NCBI GenBank assembly: GCA_041500865.1
Contig: JBGQMY010000001.1
Span: forward strand, 26,827 to 90,826
Origin: Candidatus Micrarchaeia archaeon
GTDB taxonomy: Archaea; Micrarchaeota; Micrarchaeia; Anstonellales; J096
Length of the DNA: 64,000 nt
Direction of reading: 5' to 3'
The translations under genes were made by a program, and so were the position numbers. This document shows positions 56,811-64,000 of the stretch, piece after piece. The first letter of the stretch is position 1. Each line of letters opens with the position of its first letter. The notes under the pieces were generated by a model that did not search any database, was not told the DNA's origin, and worked only from the letters and a program-made list of their open reading frames with translations.

Positions 56811-58390
56811 TTGCCCTCATCCTCCAGAACCACCTGCGAAAGCGACGACGTCGTTTTTCCCTCCTTCCTGAAGTCCGCTTTCGTGAATATGTTGATTATT
56901 ATGGTGTCGTCTATGCCAAGCTCCTTGAGGAACGTGCTCATTATCCTCCTGTTGACGCCCATCCTCTCGAGCGTTATTACGAACGTTATCACGTCCACGT
57001 GCCTGTTGCTCTTCTCAAACAGGTTCACGACGTCGTCAATCTTCTGCTCGTCGACGCCTATGGACCTGAGCTTGCCCCTTATGTCCTCCTTCCGTATTGA
57101 AATCGTATATGCCATTGCACCACCCTTCGCCTTTTTCTCCATTACCTCCCTGAGGTCAATGAAATACTCCTTGAGGGGCTCCTCGCCCGCTATCTTGCCG
57201 ATTATGAACGTCATGGGGAAGCTTTCCGGAGTGTAGAACGCCATGTTCACCGCGGCCTGCCCCACGCCGAATTCCCTTATCCTCGTCCTTATGTAGTTGC
57301 TGAAGTTGAGCGTGCCCTGCAGGTAGTCAAGGTACTTCTCGAACTTCACCTTGAGTATGAACGTGGTTCCGACGTTGCTGAAGATGACCTCGCTGATGTC
57401 CGTCGGGTTTTGGCTCGCTATTATGAGCGCGAAGTTGTACTTACGGCCTTCGCGGACAATCATGACCGCGTCGCTGTTCGGGTCGCTGGATATCTTCCAT
57501 GCCTCGTCGAGGACGGTAATGAGCTTGAGACCCTTGGTCGCGGACCATCCCTCCAGCCTCATCCTTTCCTTGATGAACTGCAAAATCGTCAAACCGCCCA
57601 GCGCCCTCATGGTCTCGTCCGGCAGCCCGCTCAGGTCTATGTCCACAAGGCCTGCCGAAGTCAGGCTTGCAAGGTCAACCGTGCTCTTGTTGGCGAAAAA
57701 ATCCTCGCCGGGCTTTGTGAACCTCTTCAGCCTGTATACGCAGTTGTCAAGTTCCGCGGGGAACTCGTACGTCCCGAGCTGGGACTTCTCCTCAAGTATG
57801 GCGACTACGTCTTTCAGCGTAGGGGCCTCAAGCGGCCTCCCGAGCTCGTCCTTCTGCTCGGTGCTGTCCATCTTGAACTTCGCCTTCATGTAGGCCTGCT
57901 CAATCGCCTCCTCTGTAAGCCTTTTCTGCTCCGGATAATTTTCCATGTCAGTAAGCAGCGCGAGCGTCCTCATGACCTGCTTTATCCTGTCATAGGGCTT
58001 CATGCCGCCCAGGTCCAGAAGGTTGAGGTAGTTGGCCCTCCCAAGCTGGATTATCTTGCCGCCGGTCTGCATGACCCAGTCCTTGTATTCCCCTGCCCAG
58101 TCTATGATGATGGCGTTGGAGTTCCACACGAAGCTGGCCCTGACGAGCAGGGACTTGATGAAGTACGATTTTCCGCTTCCTGAAATCCCGACTATTGCTA
58201 TGTGCGGGTTAGTGATGATGTTATAGTCCCAGAAGAAGGGCACGTTCAGCCCGTCCGTCTTTCCCACGTAAAGGGAATTGAGCGGGTCCCTGAACAGTAT
58301 GTGCATGGGCGGCTCCGGAGCATGCGTAAGGATGTTCCGCCTTGAAAGCTCGGTGTTGTTTATGCGGAACATCGTCAGCTGGGTCGCCAT
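56807..58390 (-). CDS. VirB4/HerA/FtsK-superfamily ATPase
   Basis: Motifs NPHIAIVGISGSGKS, IIIDWAGEY, TVLDEAW and REGRKYNFALIIASQNP. Confidence 0.88.
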   Translation of the reverse strand: MATQLTMFRINNTELSRRNILTHAPEPPMHILFRDPLNSLYVGKTDGLNVPFFWDYNIITNPHIAIVGISGSGKSYFIKSLLVRASFVWNSNAIIIDWAGEYKDWVMQTGGKIIQLGRANYLNLLDLGGMKPYDRIKQVMRTLALLTDMENYPEQKRLTEEAIEQAYMKAKFKMDSTEQKDELGRPLEAPTLKDVVAILEEKSQLGTYEFPAELDNCVYRLKRFTKPGEDFFANKSTVDLASLTSAGLVDIDLSGLPDETMRALGGLTILQFIKERMRLEGWSATKGLKLITVLDEAWKISSDPNSDAVMIVREGRKYNFALIIASQNPTDISEVIFSNVGTTFILKVKFEKYLDYLQGTLNFSNYIRTRIREFGVGQAAVNMAFYTPESFPMTFIIGKIAGEEPLKEYFIDLREVMEKKAKGGAMAYTISIRKEDIRGKLRSIGVDEQKIDDVVNLFEKSNRHVDVITFVITLERMGVNRRIMSTFLKELGIDDTIIINIFTKADFRKEGKTTSSLSQVVLEDEGK

Positions 58391-58399
58391 GGCCGCACC

Positions 58400-59236
58400 T
58401 CACATGTTGCCTGTCTTCTCGGACTCCGTCTGGTCCTCAAGCTCCTCTATCGTCGTAGGCAGGAATTTCTCCCACTCAAACGCCTTGAGCATCTCGTCTC
58501 CGGTAAGGATGTCGGATTCGCAGTTGAACGAATTGGAAAGGAGCGTGCCAAGCTTGTCAGCCGCGTTCTTCACCCTGGCTATGGCCTCGTCCTTGGTTAT
58601 CCCCGTGTCGGTGACCATCGCATAAAGCACGACCTTCATGGGCCTGAGGCCCTTGCTGAGCTGGTTCACCATGCCCTCGAAGTAAGCAATCTGCCTCTCG
58701 AACTGGTTTATCCTAAGCACGTCGGGCTCGCTTTTCTCCCTCTCTTTCTGGAGCTTGAGCTGTGCCTCGGCCTTCTGCGTCTCAAGCTTCTTCCTGTCGT
58801 TGGAGATGTCCACTGCGTGCATCGTGTACGAGATTTTGACGACTTTTTTGAACTGCGTCATGGCCATCTCGAACTGCTTGTTGTACGATATCATTTCGCC
58901 TTCCTCCTTCTCAAGCGCGGACTGGTATATCTTCATGCCGATGAATGCGGAAGCGTAGTAGACGCCGTTCTGCGCCCTCTTTACGATGACGTCTTGGGCC
59001 GGCGGAATCTCATATCCCGTATCCGTAATGACTACCGTCTTTGTCCTTTGGGTTATCATGGGCACCACGAGGTAGCCCATCTTTATGAATATTGCCGCGC
59101 CTATCGCGCCCAGGCCTGCCAGTGCGCCCCCTATGAATGAGAATATGCCGCCCCCGGTCGCTATAGAGGCAAAAAGCCCAACGACGCCGACGCCGATTGA
59201 TGCAAGCGCAAGGTTCTTGTTCGAGACTTCTACCAT
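58400..59236 (-). CDS. Membrane-anchored coiled-coil protein, first gene of the VirB4-like operon
   Basis: Two Gly-rich TM helices followed by an alpha/beta region with a coiled coil; GAGGTG ribosome-binding site before the ATPase. Confidence 0.78.
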   Translation of the reverse strand: MVEVSNKNLALASIGVGVVGLFASIATGGGIFSFIGGALAGLGAIGAAIFIKMGYLVVPMITQRTKTVVITDTGYEIPPAQDVIVKRAQNGVYYASAFIGMKIYQSALEKEEGEMISYNKQFEMAMTQFKKVVKISYTMHAVDISNDRKKLETQKAEAQLKLQKEREKSEPDVLRINQFERQIAYFEGMVNQLSKGLRPMKVVLYAMVTDTGITKDEAIARVKNAADKLGTLLSNSFNCESDILTGDEMLKAFEWEKFLPTTIEELEDQTESEKTGNM

Positions 59237-59264
59237 TGTATCTCCTCTGTTGGATTTTAAATGA

Positions 59265-59280
59265 AGACTTTTAAAAGTCT
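59265..59280. promoter_or_regulatory. Perfect 16-bp palindrome over a TATA-like box upstream of the VirB4-like operon
   Basis: AGACTTTTAAAAGTCT, 29-44 nt upstream of the ATG at 59236. Confidence 0.5.
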
Positions 59281-59423
59281 ATGGTCAAGAAATCCCGAAT
59301 TTTAACCCGGAAATGAATTAATCCACTTCAATTAAGAAAATACAACAAAATATGCTTGTATACCTGGATATGCAAGGGAACCCCACCCCAGTATTAGGAA
59401 ACTTAGGGAAATGGGTGGGGATG

Positions 59424-60758
59424 TTAGTTCGTTCTTTCGGGGCCTTTTGGCTGCTGGGGCTGCCGCGCCTTTGCGCCAACGGCGCCCTTTGCGGCATCCC
59501 TCACTGCCGCCTCCTCCTCTTCCGCTTCCCTGTCCGCGTCAATCTTCCCTTTCAGCAGCATCATGCCGACTGCATTTATCAGTATCGTAATCAGTACGAC
59601 ACCGATTGCCAAATCAGGGAACAGGGAGAACTGGTCAAGCGCAGACGCCATGCTTCCGGAGGGCCCAAGCTTCGTGATGAGGATAAAGGGCAAAAACGAC
59701 ATGACCGCAAAGTCTATCCCCCTGGCCTGCATGACCGTTATCACGGCCGCATGCCTGGAAAGGTCGCTCTTCCATGTCGTAACGTAGGCCGCAACCACCC
59801 TTGCAACGAAAAGCGCCGCTGCGGCAGCTGCCGCAATCATGAGAACCTTCACGCTGGTTATCGTGATGATTGTGCCCATGTATATGAAGAAGAAGGTCGT
59901 GATAAAAAAAGATATCTCTGTCTGGAAGCGCGCAGTGGCTACATCATCCTCTATCTTGCCAAGGCGCAGCATGTCCCCTATGTTTTTCCTGTTGCCTAGC
60001 ATTATGCCATATGCGAGCGCAGAAATCACGCCGCTGCCCCCCAGATAGTCGGAAGCGAGGTATAGCACCAGAAGGATTGCCATTGACAGCATGTAGGGAT
60101 AGTCAAGGCCGTTCTTGGCCTTGGAAAGGAAGATTACGGTCAGTGTGCCAACCAGGACGCCCAGCACTATGCCTATGGAAAACGAGGACATCAGTATCTT
60201 GCCTGCATTCTGCAGGTCAAAGGAATGCGAAAGGAAAGACGTTATCAGGATTATCGCAAGCACTATGCACACGCCGTCATTCGAGGACGATTCAATGACG
60301 AAGAAGTGCCTGAGCCTGCCGCTCAGGTTGAATCCCTTTGCGATTGGCATTACTATCTGCGACGCCGTGTTGGCGGCGATTGCGCCGAAGATCGCGCCGA
60401 CCCAGAGGTCAAAGCCGAACAGGTAGTTCAGGGCGACTGCGCAGGCTGCGGCAGACAGAAGCGCGGACACGAACGACATCAGCAGCGCCCTGCCCGACTT
60501 GTGGATTACCTCGAATATGTCAAGCTCCAATCCCGACTGGAAAAGCACGAAGACGATTGTCAGCGTCCCTAAAAACAGCTTGAGGTCGTCATAATGCGAA
60601 AAATCAACGTATCCGAACGCCGAAGGCCCTATCGCAAACCCTATGGCAAGCAGGATGATGACATGCGGGAGGCCAAGCTTCTTGAATATCATGTCAGCTA
60701 TGAACCCAAGGAATATGATGCCGGACACCGCCAGAAGGAGCGTCGTTGTCAAATCCAT
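59424..60758 (-). CDS. Cation:proton antiporter (CPA1 / NhaP-like)
   Basis: About 12-13 TM segments with LFQSGLELD, IESSSNDG, GGSGVISAL and FFFIYMG. Start trimmed to MDLTTT. Confidence 0.88.
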   Translation of the reverse strand: MDLTTTLLLAVSGIIFLGFIADMIFKKLGLPHVIILLAIGFAIGPSAFGYVDFSHYDDLKLFLGTLTIVFVLFQSGLELDIFEVIHKSGRALLMSFVSALLSAAACAVALNYLFGFDLWVGAIFGAIAANTASQIVMPIAKGFNLSGRLRHFFVIESSSNDGVCIVLAIILITSFLSHSFDLQNAGKILMSSFSIGIVLGVLVGTLTVIFLSKAKNGLDYPYMLSMAILLVLYLASDYLGGSGVISALAYGIMLGNRKNIGDMLRLGKIEDDVATARFQTEISFFITTFFFIYMGTIITITSVKVLMIAAAAAAALFVARVVAAYVTTWKSDLSRHAAVITVMQARGIDFAVMSFLPFILITKLGPSGSMASALDQFSLFPDLAIGVVLITILINAVGMMLLKGKIDADREAEEEEAAVRDAAKGAVGAKARQPQQPKGPERTN

Positions 60759-60807
60759 AGGCAAGGATTGGGATAAAGCGTTTAAAAAAGAATAGCATAA
60801 AACGGAA

Positions 60808-61404
60808 ATGGGTGTCAATATGGCATACGAACAGAAGAATTTTGACGGGCTTTTGGGGATGGATGGGTTCAGCGAAACCCTGCTGAAGAACCACTTCACG
60901 CTTTACGGCGGATACGTTGCCAACGCCAACAAGTCGGCTGATTTGCTTTCCTCCATGATGAAGGAAGGAAAGGCTGCAACGCCGGAATATGCGGAACTGA
61001 AGCGCCGCTTCGGCTGGGAATTCAATGGCATGAGGCTTCACGAGCACTATTTCGGGAACTTGGAAAAAGGAGGAGCTGCTCCATCCGCAGGTTCCGCTCT
61101 CGCTAAAGCCATTGCAGCGGAATTCGGCTCTGTTGAAAACTGGGAGAAGGACTTCAGGGCGACTGGCGCCATGAGGGGCATCGGCTGGGTCGTACTATAT
61201 TATGATATGACCGGCAAAAGGCTGTTCAACTGCTGGATAAACGAGCATGACGTCGGCCATCTGTCCGGGGCTGCGCCAATACTCGTGATGGACGTCTTTG
61301 AGCACGCTTACATGACGGACTACGGGCTGAAAAAGGCGGATTACATTTCTGCTTTCTTCAAGAACATCAATTGGAAGGAAGCTGAATCACGGTTCCAAAA
61401 ATAG
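60808..61404 (+). CDS. Fe/Mn superoxide dismutase family protein
   Basis: Motifs NHFTLYGGYV, NGMRLHEHYF, GIGW and MDVFEHAY. The start may be 60820. Confidence 0.9.
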   Translation: MGVNMAYEQKNFDGLLGMDGFSETLLKNHFTLYGGYVANANKSADLLSSMMKEGKAATPEYAELKRRFGWEFNGMRLHEHYFGNLEKGGAAPSAGSALAKAIAAEFGSVENWEKDFRATGAMRGIGWVVLYYDMTGKRLFNCWINEHDVGHLSGAAPILVMDVFEHAYMTDYGLKKADYISAFFKNINWKEAESRFQK

Positions 61405-61437
61405 GCTCAGGCCCCCTTTGGCCTTGCGTTTGCCTTT

Positions 61438-62565
61438 TCACACCATTCCCAGAAGAGAGGCTATTTCATGGGCTATCCCCAAAAGGAACATTAGGATTAT
61501 CAGGATGCTCAATGGATATATGAAGCCCACGGTGAATTCCGGCTTCCTGTCGCTCTTTTCCCTTGCTTTCCAAAGGATAAGGACAATCAGGATGCCGTCA
61601 ATGCCGCCTGTGAGGCTCCCTGCAATGCTGAGCGGGGCGATAAAGTCGCGGAAACCAAGGGTGAAAATGATTAATGGGACCCCTAGCGCAAGAACAAGGC
61701 TTTTTGCATTGCTGAATTTCAGGTCATAATGGTACATCTCCTTCAGCGCCAGGCCCAGGATGATGAACGACGTTGCCATATTGAAGACTGCGAAAAGGCC
61801 GGTCAGCACGACCATCCCGGGCCCAAGGGCCTTGCCCAAGCCTATGCTTGCCACCTCCGTCGTCCCTGCGCCGCCCACAAGAACCGCGCTCAAGCCAAAC
61901 AGGAGATAAACCGCGATGGGTATCAATGTTCCGAGGATCACTGCCTTTTTCATTTCCTTGTAGTTATAGACAAGCTCCTGCCTCATCTCGGGGATTGCGG
62001 AGGTTCCTATGAACGCGAACAGTATGACGCCGTAAGGCAGGAAAATGTCCCCGTCCCCTATTGAGAAATTGCCAGGGTTGATATTCATGAAATTGACTGC
62101 GATGATGAAAAAGACCAGGACCAGCAGGACTGCCACGGAGATGAGCTCCGTGCCCTTGACAAAATCCAGCCCCCTGAATATTATGAATGACCCCAATGCA
62201 AAAAATAGGATGCCATACCAGAAGATGTCCCCTCCGAAAATGGAGCCCAATGCGCTCCCTCCCCCTATGAGATATGCGAGCAAGGCCCCGTAGACCCCTA
62301 TGACCATTGAGAATGCCATTAATCCCTTGCCGGCATTTCCAAGGTATTTGGCGGCATAGCCGGTAAGCTGGTGGTTCCCCCTTGTCCTCAGGACTATCTC
62401 GGCCAGGAACAGGTTGACAAAAAGCATGAGAAAGCCTATTACCAGGATATGGAGCATTCCGACGACTAATCCTGATTTGGAGATGACATACGGAATCCCC
62501 ATTATGCCGGCCCCAATCGTGATTCCTATGAGGGTGGCTATCGCCTCAAGCACTGGCCTTTTCAT
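61438..62565 (-). CDS. Amino-acid permease (aromatic amino-acid transporter-like)
   Basis: GITIGAGIMGIP and PYGVILFAF, about 11 TM segments. Confidence 0.85.
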   Translation of the reverse strand: MKRPVLEAIATLIGITIGAGIMGIPYVISKSGLVVGMLHILVIGFLMLFVNLFLAEIVLRTRGNHQLTGYAAKYLGNAGKGLMAFSMVIGVYGALLAYLIGGGSALGSIFGGDIFWYGILFFALGSFIIFRGLDFVKGTELISVAVLLVLVFFIIAVNFMNINPGNFSIGDGDIFLPYGVILFAFIGTSAIPEMRQELVYNYKEMKKAVILGTLIPIAVYLLFGLSAVLVGGAGTTEVASIGLGKALGPGMVVLTGLFAVFNMATSFIILGLALKEMYHYDLKFSNAKSLVLALGVPLIIFTLGFRDFIAPLSIAGSLTGGIDGILIVLILWKAREKSDRKPEFTVGFIYPLSILIILMFLLGIAHEIASLLGMV

Positions 62566-62603
62566 GATTGAATCTCCCTTTGAAGCGTACTATTTTTCCT
62601 TTT

Positions 62604-63782
62604 TTAGGCCCTCTTGTATATATGGACCACTGAGGTCGCGCCGCTTCCGCCGACGTTCTGGCTAAGGCCGTATGTTAAGTCTTTTACTTGCCTCTTGCCT
62701 GCGTCTCCTCTCAGCTGCATGCTTATCTCAACAGCCTGCTTTATGCCCGTTGCACCGACAGGATGGCCTGCTGCCTTTAATCCGCCACTGCTGTTTATGA
62801 CCAGGTCTCCGCCGAACGTGGTCTTGCCTGCTGCTGCGGCCTTTGCGCCCTCGCCTGGCTTGAAGAACCCAAGGTCCTCTGTTGCGATGACTTCTGCAAT
62901 CGTGAAGCAGTCGTGGACCTCTGCAAGCTGGATGTCCTTTGGCGAAACGCCTGCCTCCTTGTATGCCAATCTTGAGGCGACTTTCGTCGCGTTTATGCTT
63001 GTCAGCGATTCCCTGTCAGCCAAGCCTATCGTGTCTGATGCCTGTTCCGAGGCGACTATCTCTATCGGCTTCTTTGTGTAGCTTTCGGCCATGTCCAATG
63101 GGCATAAAATGAGGTTTGCGGCCCCGTCCGTTATCGGCGATGCGTCAAAAACCTTTATCGGCGATGCGACGACCTTTGACTTCATGACTGTCTCAATCGT
63201 TATCTCGTTCTGGTACTGGGCGTATGGGTTCATGCTGCCGTGCCTGTGGTTCTTGACCGCGACCGCAGCAAAGTCCTCCTCTTTTGCCCCGTACTCCATC
63301 ATGTATTTCCTCATCATCAGCGCGTACAATGAAGGGAATGTCGCGCCCATGAAAAGCTCCCATTCCTGGTCCCCTGCGCCGCCCAGTATTTCCGTGACGT
63401 CGGCAGTTGAAAGGTCTGTCATCTTTTCAACCCCGCCGACAACGACGATGTCGTGTATGCCTGATGCAACGGATATGAAGCCCTGCCTGAGCGCAAGCCC
63501 GCCGGATGCGCATGCGCCCTCAACCCTTGTGATGGGTATCGGAAGCAGGCCCATATAATCTGCAAGAAGCGCGCCAAGGTGCTCCTGGCCCGCGAAGTTG
63601 CCTCCTGCCATGTTTCCTACATATCCTGCGTCAATCTGCTCGCCGCGGATGCCTGCGTCTGCCACTGCCTTCAGCCCGGCCTCCAGAGCAAGGTCCCTGA
63701 GGCCCTGCTCCCAGTGCTCGCCGAATTTGGTGATGCCGACACCTATGATGGCTACCTTCCTATGGGCTTTCATGATGCACAT
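62604..63782 (-). CDS. Archaeal-type thiolase (acetyl-CoA acetyltransferase)
   Basis: Motifs VEGACASG, VGGVEKM, EVHDCF, SGGLKAAGHPVGATG and NVGGSG. The start is probably 63773. Confidence 0.92.
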   Translation of the reverse strand: MCIMKAHRKVAIIGVGITKFGEHWEQGLRDLALEAGLKAVADAGIRGEQIDAGYVGNMAGGNFAGQEHLGALLADYMGLLPIPITRVEGACASGGLALRQGFISVASGIHDIVVVGGVEKMTDLSTADVTEILGGAGDQEWELFMGATFPSLYALMMRKYMMEYGAKEEDFAAVAVKNHRHGSMNPYAQYQNEITIETVMKSKVVASPIKVFDASPITDGAANLILCPLDMAESYTKKPIEIVASEQASDTIGLADRESLTSINATKVASRLAYKEAGVSPKDIQLAEVHDCFTIAEVIATEDLGFFKPGEGAKAAAAGKTTFGGDLVINSSGGLKAAGHPVGATGIKQAVEISMQLRGDAGKRQVKDLTYGLSQNVGGSGATSVVHIYKRA

Positions 63783-63823
63783 TGTCGGACGTCTTGTTTT
63801 TAAATGTTTTTCAAGCGATTACG

Positions 63824-64000
63824 TCAGGCGGCGATGCAGTCGCTGAAGGTTTTCATGAACCTGTTTCCGGTCATGCCAGCAAGCCATTCCATGGACCTGA
63901 GGAATGCGGCCGTTTTCTTTTTGTTGCCCTTTTCGGCGATTGAGGACGCAGTCATGCCCTTCCAATCCCCTTTTCCAGCCTTCGCGTTTACGTCTGCTCC
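63824..64000 (-). CDS. 3' end of an ankyrin-repeat protein with FxxxFxxC tail (5' end outside window; not in the ORF track)
   Basis: Manual translation gives GADVNAKAGKGDWKGMTASSIAEKGNKKKTAAFLRSMEWLAGMTGNRFMKTFSDCIAA*. Confidence 0.88.
   Translation of the reverse strand, partial: GADVNAKAGKGDWKGMTASSIAEKGNKKKTAAFLRSMEWLAGMTGNRFMKTFSDCIAA

Noticed and set aside
59381..59420. CCCCACCC...GGGTGGGG hairpin downstream of the antiporter as a terminator
   Set aside because: The loop is long and no clear U-tract follows on the minus strand, so support is insufficient.

Overview
This is a gene-dense window from an archaeal chromosome. The evidence is Nop5, a homodimeric-type GlyRS, an intein-containing RtcB, an archaeal-style tRNA-Pro, TATA boxes close to start codons and mevalonate kinases. 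The patchwork content suggests a DPANN lineage such as Micrarchaeota, but that is inference. Housekeeping genes are interleaved with accessory genes. Main observations: (1) 13 ankyrin-repeat genes or fragments lie on both strands; 12 end in an invariant F-x3-F-x2-C tail, and a further orphan copy of the tail is intergenic. (2) A four-gene operon encodes a tandem double-AAA+ ATPase and a large HExxH/charged-linker/VWA protein, and runs into an ankyrin gene. (3) A five-gene membrane operon is built around a VirB4/HerA-like ATPase. (4) A 1385-aa secreted protein has a C-terminal half that looks like an outer-membrane beta-barrel ending in Phe. (5) A 4.1-kb island (ankyrin fragment, PIN gene, type IIG restriction-modification gene with an AT-rich specificity half) is bounded by a perfect 43-bp duplication of the nop5 5' end. 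I saw no rRNA, CRISPR array, integrase or transposase. All assignments come from motif recognition by eye; no searches were run.
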